Counted from the first letter of the stretch, positions 25,559 to 39,749 are shown. The stretch is DNA of 64,000 nt from Nageia nagi (GCA_050084985.1 JBITNC010000001.1:143654001-143718000); one strand, 5' to 3'. The notes: generated by a model from the sequence alone, not told the origin. Numbers and translations are program-made.

Positions 25559-28500
25559 TGTCACACCCCAAATCCACTCTAGATTTCCCTTAGTCTGTTT
25601 TATTTATTTTTGAGTGTGAAATGAGGCATTGACTATATATTCTTTGAATAAAATGCTTGATATGCTTTTATTTACTTAAGTTATGAAATCCTACATAAGG
25701 ATAATGATTACTTATCCTACCTATATGTACATGTTACTTCTACAAGTGGTTTTGTGATGTGTAGATGATAGGTAATGGAAGGTATGATGCTTTTGAATGG
25801 TTTAGAAATGAATGATTACCAGTTATTCTCATAATCTCATAATATCGAGACACTAGGACAATTGGGTAAGAAGTTGCATGCATACATAGCAGCATGGGGC
25901 AAGATGAACTCCCTAGGATTGTCGATGTGTGTTTATGATTACCTAGTTTTATTCTTTAATTGAGTTGAAAATATTATTTTATGCCTTTAAGTATTGCCAA
26001 GGATATTAGTATAATTATCTAAGAACCCCCAATAATTAATATTAGTGGGTAAAGCTAATTAAGGGAACTATCTAGGAAGGAAAAAGGTAAAGTTTAATTA
26101 TTTAAATATATGTAATTAAGTATTTTGTGAGAATTTGTATGAATTACTTCTTAATTATTAATTAAGGTTAATTAATAATTAAGAATGATAATCCCTAACA
26201 TTAAATATTATTTATTTATTTAGCTTAAAATAAATAAATTAAGCTAGATGAGTTTTGATTGGTTGATTGATAAAGGTTAGAGTTAACTAGACCTTTAAGA
26301 TATTAATTATAATTAAATAACATTGATTTTACCTAATTGGCATGAGGTGTCTCAATTTTTAGTTGTTATATCCTTGTTGCAAGTTAGGTGTGCTAGTTTT
26401 AAGTTGAGTTGTGCCAGTTTTAAATTGAGGTGTGCTAGTGGAACTTAGTCCATTGGGTTTTTGATTGATGACTAAGTGGGTAGATATTTCCACTTAGGAA
26501 TTAACTCCCATTCACTTAAGTTTAAGTGGTATTGTCAATCCTCATTAATTTATAGGCCTAGCCTTATTTAAAAACTATAAATAGAGCCCTAGGGTGGAGC
26601 TTTTGGTCATTCTTGTTTTTGCATTTTTTTTAGTAGCAAAGCTTTGCAATTCTAGAGCCAAGTCCTTCAGTGATTGTGAGATTTAGTGAGGTTTTCCTCT
26701 TGTGTTTATTTGATTCTCTATATTTTTGTGAAAGCTTACTATTTTAGGCATTTGATAAAATAATAGTACTTGGTTTTATTGTTAAATTGTCATTGGTTGA
26801 GGATTTAATTTATATCCATGAATGCTACGTTTAAAAGTCTAGTGGTTTTGAAATCTATGTATAGTTTTGGTATGAGGTTTTATGTTTTTTGCAATAGAAT
26901 TTTGAGGTTAAAATATTTATTTGTACCTTTAAGTTGGGTGTATAAATATTTAAAAATAATATTTATGTTAGTAACTCCTCTTATGCCTTCTCTTTTTGTA
27001 ATTTTTCTCATTAGTTCAACATTATCTAGAAACCTATGCGAGGAATATTCCCCTAAGTTAAAAGGTTTATCTTAGAATCTTGTAATCCATGCAAAGTTTT
27101 ATGTTATACCTTTTTCCTTTTAAGATTATAGTTAAGGGAGGTATTTAACATGTTTAGAGGCTTGAAAAGCCTTTGCCATCCTAACATAGGGAAAATAGGC
27201 CATTATGGCCAACATGGGGGAGAAAGTAGGCCTATGGAGAGGTATAAGGGAGAGTGGGCCTATGGGAGCCCATGTCATCCCCTATGATTCTATTGTTACC
27301 TATTTGACTGCATTGGTGTGTATTTGAACCTTCATAGCTTGTGTTCTATATTTTTTTGCCTTGATTTGCATGCAAGGCTTAAGTGCTAGACAAGATAGTG
27401 TAGGTTTATTGCTAGGAAATTATTAAATGTTTTCTTATTATTTTATTTTAGGTTAATTTAATAATAGAAAGGGAATTTAGTTTTAAATCAATGTAAGTTT
27501 ATTTTTAATTAAAATTAAATACAAGTTGTGGTTACTTGAAATGGAAAAAGTAGTTATTTAATATATGTTTCTTTTATTTTAAAATATGGAGTGATATTTT
27601 AAAATAGAGAATGTGTTATTATTTTAAGTAAATATTTTAATTATGTGGTATCATTTTAAAAATAGGGTAGTATTTTTAAAATGGAATTGAAATTATTACT
27701 TTAGGATATTGTATTTTATCCAAAAATAAAGTTTGATTATTTATTTTAAAATAGGATTATATTTTAAAATAATGTTGCAATTATTTTAGGATATTGTATT
27801 TTATTCTAAAATAGAGTTTGATTAGTTATTTAAAATTGAATTTGATGTTTAAAATAAAGTTGTTTGTTTGTTCTAAAATGTGAAGTGACATTTTAGAATT
27901 CTTAGAGTTCTTGAAATGTTTCCTTAAAATAGAAAAGCATGTAGTTGCATTTAGTGGAAACCCAAGACTATGTCTAATCCAACCATTCTTGAGCTATTAT
28001 CCTTCCAAAAGGAGCAAGCCTTGTTCAAGTTGTGAGAAAGGAGTTTATTAAATTATTTTCCATGGGATTTAAAATATATCTACTTATTTTTTGATTTATG
28101 AAAATAAATAACAAGGTTATTATTGTAAAATGATGTGACAAGAATTATTTCTTCATTACTTGGGATGATTGTGCTATTATGATTATTGTACAAAGTTGTT
28201 ATTTTGGGATTTTCAAGATTAGTCTTTGAAAAGTTAAGTGCTATTCTTTTATTAAAGAGTGGTTTAGTAAATGAATTTTCTTTACGTGAATATGATATTT
28301 CTTGATACTTTATTATGCTTACTTAGTTTAGAAATTTCATGTTATATGATGATGTTAGGACCAATTCTCTTGTCTTTAAGTAATGTGTTTTATTTGGGCA
28401 TGATTTTTCCTTAGGTTTTGGTAGGTTTTTCTTTGATGTTTAAACCTAAGTGTAGACCTAGTCCCAATTCCCAAGTAAAGCATACCTATTCATTACGGGA

Positions 28501-28952
28501 TGTTGATTTATCTTCAAGTGAGTTAGGCTAAGATAAATCAAGAAATCCTTATGGTTGAATGGATCTCAGTGTATTAAATTTTCCTTATATGATGATGGTG
28601 GGAAATATGAGGAGGTATGTGGTACCATTATGAAGTCACTATGTTCAATATAACATGTAAAACCAAGCCATGTGAAGTTATTTAATGAGTAGGTTAAATA
28701 ACTAGAAATGGTATTAAGCCAGTGAAGAGTCTAGAATCGTGAATGACTTAGCTTAGAACAATACTAGTAATATTGTAAACAATAATTCATAGCATTCTCA
28801 AGCAACTTCCAAACACATTCAAAATAGATTGTATTTAAACTACATGTTTTATTTACTAATATGGAAAAATAATTTGTGCTCACCTCTTGATTGTATGGGA
28901 TGGGTGTTATAGTGATAGTCCTATGTATTTTTGCTGAGATAGGGTAATTATA
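25559..28952 (+). mobile_element. Element A LTR copy 1: solo LTR with perfect 5-bp TSD GTAGT
   Basis: Starts TGTCACACCCC and ends GGGTAATTATA (CA>TA; homologous to GGGTTGTTACA at 35170). GTAGT at 25554-25558 and 28953-28957. No PBS after it and no PPT before it. Confidence 0.9.
27556..27900. repeat. AT-rich degenerate minisatellite (TTTTAAAATAG-type subunits) inside the A LTR, also present in the other LTR copies
   Basis: Repeated TTTTAAAATA motifs. TTTAGGATATTGTATTTTAT is duplicated at ~27700 and ~27785. Confidence 0.75.
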
Positions 28953-29559
28953 GTAGTGATCATGAGTTATTTTATTTGTTAAATACATATGCATGAGACC
29001 TTTAAAAATAAACAATAATGAGTTGGAGGTGATGACCAACCATTTATTCTTATACTTCTTCTATACCCACCGACCATACCATAAGCTATAGAGCCAATCC
29101 TAGAGATGAATACTGGGTTTTAGGATAGAAGTCATCACTTTCTATTGAGAAACTATAAATATGGAGGCCATGCTTGGATTCCACTATCCAAATAGTCTTC
29201 AACAACATTTCTCAATCCCCATTGTACTAAGGGGACCACCTTAAGTACTAAGCTGATACTTCACCATAGAATTCCTATAGAATTCCAACCTATCCTTGTT
29301 TAAACATATGACTAGAAAAATAATCTAGGTTAATTAATAAAAAAATAAACAATTTACATTGCTCATTAAGAGATATTAATTCAATTTATCAACAAAATTA
29401 TATAACATAATCACACCAAAAAGGTGAGTTCATAAATAGGTTATTTATGCATCTACTTATTTTCTCAATAATATAAATAAATAATAATAACTTAATTACT
29501 ATGACTAAAGGTTATTTTTATTTTATTTCCTATTTAGAAAAAAATTAAAATAAAATTGA

Positions 29560-32500
29560 AAATTAAAAGGTTCCAAAAAATAGAAGAGAATCATTAATAC
29601 TCATTCTGAAATAGCTCATCACCAACAAGAGCCCTATGATGAACTTAACAAGATGGAAAAACTATTCATATGTCTCATAGGTCTAGTAGATATATATCAA
29701 GAATAGTAACTCCTTGAGAGATATATGATACTTTAAATGAAGAAACACAACATTTAACATAGTTAAGGATTCCTTATTCCTCTCATGCTCATATTCATTT
29801 GTTAAATTTTATCTATCAGAATATACACTAATAGATTAATGAGGAAGAAATCAGTTTAAGGATTGTTACCCCATCACAAATGCATTCATCTTATGCCATA
29901 TTACAAAAGGTGATTTTCAACCTAAGTATGATCATGTTACATGTTACCTACTAGATGGACATCTTATTCAATCATATATAAGATGAGATGACTACACCCC
30001 TTCCACCATCTCTAGAAGGATGGAAGAATTTGATGATAGAATTTTGATACATACAGCCACTCTAGTATCTAAATCAAGGAGTCATGATAGGGTGTATAAT
30101 AATGCTTATCATATTCTAAAAACAAACACACCTACCCCTAGAACTAGTCATTCTTTCTTTATCACTAGCTATATAAACCCTAGTACTAGCCTAACAACCC
30201 CTAGGATAAGTTATAGATCTCTAAACAAATTAATATTGATCCTTGAAGGTATAGGGTAGAAGAGATACCATAATATGTGTTAGATTAAATCAAAATTAGA
30301 AATAGATTCAAGGTAACCAAAAAATTATGCTATATAATCTAAATATGTAAAAATGAGATGAACCTAGAAAATTGGGGTAAAATTCACATTTACAAACATA
30401 GCCTATGTTTTATGCATATCAAAGTAAAACACCAATAGCATAACCTAATTGACAACAAGTTCAAGCTTAAATTCAAAATAAATCATATCAAGGAGTAGTA
30501 GATAATAAGAAGTTGTTACCCAAAGCTTGATCCTTGTCTCCTCAAGGTCATAAAAATAATATAGATCAAAACCATTGCTTACCTAGAATAAGGGAGGTAC
30601 CACATGAGCAAAAACAACCTCCATGACCCCCTTTACCCTAGTCTATACATGATAATCAAATACATTATGCTCCTACACCTTTATATAAACATGGGCAACA
30701 ATAGTTGCCTCCACATCAACCTTCTTTACCTTCTCAACCCTATGATAGAAGTTATTATGGTGACCAAACACCTTCTAAAAGAAGTTACCAATCATTCTCA
30801 ATAATAAACAAAAGGAAGGTAATAATAATAGTATACATCCTATCATTACTATGCAACCACATAATGACTTCAATAAAAAGTTAATAGAGATTGAAGGAAT
30901 GGTACATTAACAAAACAAACATAAAGTCTCTTACAAAATAATTTGTAATAAGCCTATACACCAAATTGTTCCTAAGATGGATATCCCTTTCAAATTCAAA
31001 ATTTAAAAGATTGAATCTTTCAAAGGAAATCAAGATCCTTAAGAACATTTAAGATATTTTAAGTATTCAAGTTATTTAATTTCCAACTATGATGCTTTGA
31101 TGTTGTGTATCTTTCCTATGACACTTGCTAGATAAGCAATGGATTGGTACAATAATTTAACTAAGCATAGTATCAAATCATATGTTCAATTAGCTAACTT
31201 ATTCTTAGAACACTTTAAGATAAACATTAAGGATAAAACCTCTATAACTGATCTAACAAGATTACAATAATTTTAGGATGAAGCAATTATAGACTTTATC
31301 TCAAGATGGAGAGTGATCTTGATAAATATGTCTTATACTCTCCCACAATAAAAACTAGCGAAAATGTTTACTCAAAGTTATCTAATACCTATTTCTAGTA
31401 CCTTATTGATTCAACAACATAAGACACTTAAGGAAGCATTTTCTCAAGTTGTTGTAATTTAAAAGGTTAAAATCTAGGATGGAGAACTAAAGGGTAAAAA
31501 GAAAGAACCTTATGTTATAAATATAAATTAGGTAGAATATTTAGCAAAATTAATGCCTTCTAATAAATTTTCTTATCTTAAAGATGGAGAACCAACTCCT
31601 TCACAAAACATACCTAGTTCACAAAATGAGGGAAGAAACTCTAGGCTACCTAGAAAGTTTACTCCTTTGACTTAACTACTTTATGATATTTTGAAAAACA
31701 TAATGGATCATTAAATGTTTACCTAAAATATGACCTAAAATATTTGATGCAAGAGATAGTAAATGGTACAATAAGAATGATTATTTTCACTACCATCATC
31801 AAAAGGGTCATACTATAGGCATATGTAGAACATTACAGCATAAGGTTTAGGATTTGATTTATCAAGGAATATTACAAGTAGATAATCCATTAACTATTCC
31901 TAATCAAAACTTAGGAATATACTAGAATCTACTTTCTCAACACCAAGCTAATACCATAGCTTCGCACTCATACAAAGGTCAAATAACACATAAAGGGCTT
32001 CAATATGCTTCTACTTTTGTTGCTATGGTAAGTATCACTACAAGATTCCAAAGGGCACAAGGAAGACAAGTTGATGTTCCTAACAATCAAATAAATTATG
32101 GTGTTGTACAACAAAATATACCTAGACCACAACCTCCTAAGGTTTTAGTAAAAGGAGCTTTACAACATCAATTGAGAAATTCAGAAGTAAATATGTGTTT
32201 ATTTGAGTTACTACAATAATCCAAAGACCATAGGGAAGCTATGAACCAATTATTGCAAACAATTGAGCTAGATATCAATGACCCTGAAAGCTTTTTGTAT
32301 TTTTTAGGAAATATTAAGATAAACCAAAAGCCCACTATTATGTTCTATGATATTTAAATAAGGCCATTAAACCATTCTCAAGGTCAAGATACTCCACTAC
32401 ATATTGTGGCCAAGATAGATGGAAGGGCTTTTAAGATGATATTAATAGATGAAGGTTCTATAATAAATATTATTTCCATAACTTCCTATAAAAACTTGAA

Positions 32501-33778
32501 TCTCCCTTTTTCACATATATGTGCACCTTCTTTGTAATTAAGAGCTTTCAATGATGCTTTATGCTCAACAATGGGATCTATCTCATTGTCTATTATTGTG
32601 GGATCTAAAATAGTACAAACATTATTGCAAGTTATTGAAGGAGATATAATGTAATACAACCTAATTTTAGAGAGATCTTGGATTAGAAGCATGTAATGCA
32701 TCCCATCAACATATCATAACTATCTAAAATATATTCACAATGGGTTGGTACATTGTGTACTTGGATATGAAAAGTCATATTCCCATTGAAATCACACACA
32801 TCTTTTAAGGAGAAATTTCTTTACCATCTAATCATTTTTTACAACACCTGTAGTTCCTAATAAAGTGTCAATAGCAAATATTGATAAAAAATATTCTTTT
32901 TCAAGCTCATTAAAAAGGAAGGATCCTATTGATCTTGAAATACCTCATACATTAAAGATTAACAAGGATCCATTACCAAAAATAGAACCAATATTCTTAG
33001 AAAAGCAAACATGGGAAGAAAGAGCATAAATGTTAGATGAAGCAAGCAAAGCCTCATCATCAAATTATGGAATAAAGGAGTTTTCCATTGATGATGTCAT
33101 TTTTAACATCCCTACAACCCAAAAAATAGGAAAACCTAAAGTGTCTCCTAGTATATTAGGACAATTAGTAGCAATGGGGTAGTTACCTAATCAAACATTT
33201 TTTGTATATCATGGTCTAATAGAACCACCTATTCTCCCTTTACCTCAATCCAATGAAGGTATCTTCTATAATTTGTTAGAATATTTATCACCAAATATAA
33301 GATCATTTGTCTAAAGATACTTTGATAGATGTCAATGGAAAGGATAAGGTTTAGGTTGATATGAACAAGGACCTAGGTACACTATTGATATTCATTACCA
33401 ATTTCCTAGTGATAAAACAAGATTAAGTTATAAGAACAACAACTAAGGAGTATCTAGTTGCAAGATAATTGAACTAGAAATAGAAGCTAAAATCTTTGAA
33501 AACTCAAACAAAAGATCTAAATGGATGATAAATTAGGATGATATGGAGTTTGGAATGTTATTCTTAGGAGAATTATTTCTTAATATGTCAATTAATATGG
33601 TAGAAATCATGGAAATATGTGATAATTTCACACATAATAAGGACTTGTATTGGTTTGGAAGTGATGAGTTTGAAATAGTAGGATAAAAAATGTAAAGTAG
33701 CTCTTCCTCATACATTTTGGTAGATGAAGACACTAAAGACTTTATATTGAATCTTGAACAACCTATAATCCAAGATTT
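29560..33778 (+). pseudogene. gag: Element B gag-protease, copy 1
   Basis: 'IESFKGNQDP*EHL', 'FPMTLAR*AMDWYNNL..SIKSYVQLANLFLEHF' (retrotransposon gag), 'YHHQKGHT', 'PNQNLGIY', protease 'ILIDEGS' (~32440). Start is approximate. Confidence 0.85.
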
Positions 33779-35170
33779 AATATATGTTTCTTTTATTTTA
33801 AAATATGGGAATGATATTTTAAAATAGAGAATTTGTTATTATTTTAACTAAATATTTTAATTATGTCATATCATTTTAAAAATATGGTAGAATTTTTAAA
33901 ATGGAATTGAAATTATTACTTTAGGATATTGTATTTTATCCAAAAATAAAGTTTGGTTATTTATTTTAAAATAGGAGGATATTTTAAAATAATGTTGCAA
34001 GTATTTTAGGATATTGAATTTTATTCTAAAATACAGTTTGATTAGTTATTTAAAATTGGATTTGATGTTTAAAATAAAGTTGTTTGTTTGTTCTAAAATG
34101 TGAGTCGACATTTTAGAATTCTTAGAGTTGTTGAAATGTTTACTTAAAATGGCAAATCATGTAGTTTTATTTAGTGGATACCCAATACTATGTTTGATCC
34201 AACCATTCTTGAGCTACTGTACATCCAAAAGGAGCAAGCCTTATTCAAGTTGTGAGAAAGGAGTTTATTAAATTATTTTCTATGGGATTTAAATATATTG
34301 TACTTACTATTTGATTTGTGAAAATAAATAGAAAGGCTATTGTTGTAAAATGATGTGGTAAGAATTATTACTTCATTACTTGGGATGATTGTGCTATTAT
34401 TATTATTGTACAAATTTGTTATTTTGGGATTGTCAAGATTAGTCTTTGAAAAGTTAAGTGTTATTCTTTATTAAAGAGTGGTTTAGTAAATGAATTTTCT
34501 TACTTGAATATGATATTGCTTCATACTTTATGATACTTTCTTGGTATGGAAAGTTCATGTTATATGATGATGCTAGGACCAATTCTCTTTTCTTTGAGTA
34601 ATGTTTTTTATTCTAGCATGGTTTATCCTTAGGATTTGGTAGGTTTTTTCTTGATGTTTAAACCTATGTGTAGACCTAGCCCCAAGTCTTGAATAAAGCA
34701 TAACTATTCATTATGGGATGTTTATTTATCTTCAAGTGAGTTAGGATATGATAAATTGGGAAATCCTTATGGTTGAATGGACCTCAGAGTATTAAATTAC
34801 CTTGATATGATGATGGTGGGAAATACAAGGAGGTATGTGGTACCATTGGAAGTCACTATGTTCAATAGAACATGTAAAGGCAATCCACGTGAAGTCATTT
34901 AATGAATACATTAAATAACTAAAAATGGTATTAAGTTAGTGAATTATCTAGAATCATGAATGACTTAGCTTAGAACAATACTAGTAATATTATGAATAAT
35001 AATTCATAATGTTCTTAAGAAACTTCAAAACATATTCAGAAGATATTGTATTTAAACTACTTATTTTATTTACTTATGGGGAAAAAATAATTTTTGCTCA
35101 CCTCTCGAGTGTATCGAATGGGTATTATAGTGATGGTCCTATGTGTTTTTGCTGAGATAGGGTTGTTACA
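33775..35170 (+). mobile_element. Element A 5'-truncated 5' LTR, copy 1
   Basis: Homologous to 27556-28952 but clearly more diverged than the other full copies. Ends TGTTACA, followed by the PBS. Confidence 0.9.
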
Positions 35171-35172
35171 GT

Positions 35173-35184
35173 TGGTATTAGAGC
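35173..35184 (+). other. Primer binding site, initiator tRNA-Met type
   Basis: TGGTATTAGAGC, the canonical TGGTATCAGAGC with one C>T, 2 nt after the LTR end. Confidence 0.9.
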
Positions 35185-35259
35185 CTAGGTTGCAGGCTTT
35201 CTCTTATTATGCAAACAATCCTAAAACTATCCTTGTTATCTTGTGCTTAGGAAGATTCC

Positions 35260-38200
35260 ACCTCAAAGATGTCATGATGATGTCGAACAAACCAATAATG
35301 CCCATAGTACTTTTGGTATACAAGGGAACAACCTTTATGATACCTATGTAGAATTGAATCTTGAATTAGCAACCTTTATTTTAAACTTGAAGGATAAATC
35401 AACTAAATAAGAGGAACTTATTTAGAGATAGGCTATAGAAATAGAATCCCTCAAAAATAGAGACATACAACCTATAGTTGATCCTGTGATAGTTTCTAAT
35501 AATAGGAAGGATCTCAAAAAGATACTTGCTACTGAATTCCTTAGGGAAGAAGAAAAGGATATAGCCAAGGCATGGTTAAGGGAAGTTTGTACCGACTTTC
35601 ATACCCAAAATTATACTTCCAACCAGAAAGTTATGTGGGTAGTTCTTCTTTTAAGAGGGTATGCACTAGAATGGTGGGAAGGTCTACTTGTTGAAAGAAA
35701 GGTCTCAACTAAAGATGTATGTTGGGAAGATTTTAAGAAATTTTTTAAGAAAAGGTGTATTTCTAAAATGTTTGTATTAGAAAAGTGGGTTGAGTTTGAT
35801 AGGATTTGATAAAGAGGTCACATATTAGATAAGTATCATCATACTTTCATTAGATTATTAAAGTATGTTCTTGAAATTTCAAATAGCTCTAAAAAGAAGA
35901 TGCATAAGTTCTTGGGTAGGTTAGATCATGACATTCGCACTACTGTAAACTTGCTTACACCAAAAACACTTTAGAAAGCCAATGAGTTAGCCAAATAAAG
36001 TGAAGATAATGTTAGGTTCAAGAGGAATCCTAAAACTACTACTCTAGAGGTAGGAAATGTTGAAAAATAAAAGGCTCCCCTAGGAAATGATCAGCAGATT
36101 AAGAAATAAAAGAAGGGGCCTTTAGGAAATAAAAAATCTAGTAGACCTCATGATGGGTTTTAGAAAAGAGTAAATCCCAAAAGGAATGATAATGGTAGTA
36201 ACTAGGGTCAGTAGTGTCAGCAACAATAACCTCAATAGGGTAACTATGTACCAAAAGATCAAATTTAGGGGAAGGTACCTAGAAATGGATGTTATAACTA
36301 TGGTGGAGCTCACTTCACCAACAAATGTCCAAACTACTTCAAACCTTAGAATGGAGAAGCAACTCATAGGATCTATGCTGAAATAGGAAAAGGAGCTTTA
36401 GAGACTCAAGTAACACCATTAATGATATGGGGTAAGATTTTTTGTTCAAATATTAAAATACTTATTGATAGTGATGCTATAGATAGTTTTATTTCCACTA
36501 ATATTTTACATAAACTATCAAAAAAAACAAGGATCTTAGAAGAAGGGTAGAAGGTCGAGTTTGGGCCAAGACAAACCCATATAGTAGCTAAGTATTATCC
36601 AAACATAGAAGTAATCTTACCTACAAGAGATACTCAAGTAACCTTATTCGTTGCTCCTATTCTATATTTTAAAATCATTTTGGGTATGGATTAGTTAAGA
36701 AACCATGAAGCTTTAGTAAACTTTGAAGAAATATGGGTGAAGTTTAGGGATGAAAAAGGGAATTACAGAAAGTCTTTTATTAAAGGAAACCATTTAGACC
36801 ATGACTCTTGTTAGCTTTGCAATTATCAAAGGACATTTGGAAAAGGAGTATGATTTTTGCTATAAAAATAAAGGATATAAAGGAAGATTAAATAGAGGAG
36901 GAAATACTTCAAAAGAATCCAATTGTATGAGAATATAAGGATATTTTTCCAAAGGAAGTTCTAGGTATGCCTCTTAGAAGGGAGTTTGATTTCTATATTG
37001 ACTTGGTTCTAAGAGCAAAACCTATATCTAGGACACCTTATAGGATGACCACTATTGAAATGGAGAAGCTAGAAGTTTAGTTAAATGATTTATTAGAAAA
37101 AGATCTTATCCAACCTAGCACATCACCATGGGAAGTACAAGTCTTATTTGTTAAGAAAAAAGATCAATCATTGAGGCTTTATATACATTACAGAATGTTA
37201 AACAAGGTAGCTATCAAAAACCATTACCCTTTACCAATAATAGATGATCTTGTTGATTAGTTAAAAGGGGCATGTATATTCTCTAAGTTAGATCTAAAAT
37301 TAGGTTACCACAAATTGAGAATAAAATATTTTAATACCCATAAAATTGCATTCAAAACTCAGTATGGACACTATGAGTTTATAGTTTTACACTTTGGTCT
37401 TACCAATGCTCCGACATCCTTCATGAACTTGATGAATAGTGTATTCTAAGAATACCTTGAGAAATTTGTATTCATATTACTAGATGACATATTGATTTAT
37501 TCAAAATCAAAAGAGGATCATGATCATCATCTCAAGATAGTCATGGGAATTCTAAGAAGGAATTGATTATACGCTAAGATGAGAAAATGTGAGTTTTATG
37601 TACCATAAGTGAAATACTTGGGACACATTATCTCTTGTAAAAGAATTTTAGTGGACCCATCAAAAATTGAGGAAATAATGAGTCGGCCCTTACCGAATAA
37701 TGTTAGTGAAATAAGAAGTTTCATGGGTCTAGTAGGACATTATAGTCATTTTATCAATAACTTCTCTAAATTTGCTTATCCCATTACTCAATTACAAAAG
37801 AAAGAAAATAATTTTTTGTGGATAGACAAGTATGATCAAGCTTTTGCTACTCTCAAACAAAGGCTTACATTGGTACCTATAATTAGAATCCTATACCCAT
37901 AAAGATTATTTTTTATCTGCATAGATGCTTCTAAAAAAGGATTAAGAGGAGTACTAATGTAAGATGGCATAATAGTGGCCTTTGAGTCAAAAAAAAACTT
38001 AAGGATCATGAAGTAAGATATGAGACTCATGATTTGGACCTAGCTGTAGTTGTTTTTGCCTTAAAAGTTTGGAGATATTATTTGTTAGGAAACCTTTCAA
38101 ACTTAGATCAATCTTAGATATATTTTCACTCAGCCAAATTTAAATGCTAGACAAAGAATATGGATGGAACTCCATTTTGAGTATGAATTTGGTATTGAAT

Positions 38201-39700
38201 ATATCAAAGGGAAGGAAAATAATGTAGCTAATGCTCTAAGTTGTAGGAAACACATTACATATATAAGCTTAAGTTATACTAACCTTATTGCAAAAATTCA
38301 TGAACTCCAAGATCAGGATTATCACTACCAAAGGATTAGAAGAGAACTTGTTGAAAATCCACATAAGGTGCAAAACTTTGTTTATAAGGAAAGTGGTATC
38401 CTTTTTTTTAAAGATAGAGTGGTAATTACTAAAGAGGGAAATATAACGAATATTATTCTTTGGGAATCACACCACACCCCTTACTCTACCCACCCTAGTG
38501 GGGCAAAAGTGAGAGAAAACATAAAAAAGTAATTTTTTGGCGAAGAATGGAAAGAGAAATAATTGGCTATGTCTCTAAGTGTCTAGAATATCAAAATGTG
38601 AAGGTAGAACATAAATAGACATCCAACAAGAAAACTCTATCCTCATAATATCCCTACATAGAAATGGTAAAAAAATTTTATGGATTTTATTATTAGATTA
38701 CCAAAAATCAAATTTATACATGATGTTATCCTAGTTGTTGTTGATAAATTGACCAAGGTAGCTCAATTCATACCTAGAAATATAATTGATGATGCTCTAG
38801 CAGTTACTAGCAAGTTTACCAGGGAGATCATTCAACTGTATGATTTTCTATAGGAGGTAGTCTTTGATAGTGACTCAAGGTTTAATTCTAATTTTTGGAA
38901 GAGTTTTCATAAATATGTGGGCACTACATTGAACATTAGATTATCTTATCATCCAAAAATAGATGGACAAACTATGTGAGTGAACCAAGTCTTGGAATAT
39001 ATGCTTAGGATGTACTATATTGATCACCCTACCAAATGGAAAGATTACCTCCACTTAGTTGAGTTCACCAATAACAATGGCTATTACTCATCTTTGGGAA
39101 TACCACCTTTTGAAGCTTTGTATAGGTGAAGGTGTAGACTCATCTCTCTTGGGAAAATCTCAAAGATTGGGTTACTATTGGAAATGATATGATAAGAGAG
39201 ATGGAGGAGAAGCTTAAGGGAATTCAATAAAGGTTAAAGGAAGCTAAAAATCAATATAAAAGTTATATTGATCTGAAAAGGACACCAAGGGAATTATCCA
39301 TTGGTGATAAATTCTTTTAAATGGTTAACCCAAAAAACATGCCATCAAGTCTTCCAAGTTAGCATAAAGATATGTCGGTTCTTTCTCTATCTTAGATAAG
39401 ATTAGTCAAATAGCCTATAGGCTCAAACTTATTCCTAACCTATCTAATATCTATTAATCCTACCATGTTTCCTTGTTAAAAATGTGTGTTCATGATGCAT
39501 CACATGTTTGGGATGTATCTAGTTTGCAGATGGACAACCCACTAACTATGGAGGTGCATCTGGTTTAGGTTCAAAAACTTCATACTAAGAAGCTTAAAAA
39601 TTGCATCATGGAAGGAAAAATATGTAGAAAATAATTCCAAATGGAAATATGTGGAAAGCATGAAAAAACTATTTCTTTTTTATTTGAAAAGTAAACTTAA
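35260..39700 (+). pseudogene. pol: Element A gag-pol (chromovirus, Tekay-like), copy 1
   Basis: Gag 'LRGYALEWWE..WEDFKKFFKKR', knuckle 'CYNYGGAHFTNKCP', PR 'ILIDSDA', RT '[31 protein letters not shown]' and 'LLDDILIYS', RH 'IEYIKGKENNVANALS', INT 'MDFII..VVVDKLTKVA..YHPKIDGQT', and a degenerate chromodomain-like tail. Confidence 0.93.
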
Positions 39701-39749
39701 ACTATGAAACTATGATACTTCTAATAAACATAAGGGACCATGTTAATCT

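Noticed and set aside
26818-27075. Hydrophobic 84-85-aa ORF in each full A LTR
   Set aside because: T-rich LTR sequence naturally gives F/L/I-rich ORFs, and there are many amino-acid changes between the diverged copies. No evidence it is coding.
28764-29039. 91-aa minus-strand ORF open in all three copies (also 42783, 56809)
   Set aside because: It spans the LTR/TSD junction, has no motif and a non-ATG start. Its conservation is explained by the recent duplication.
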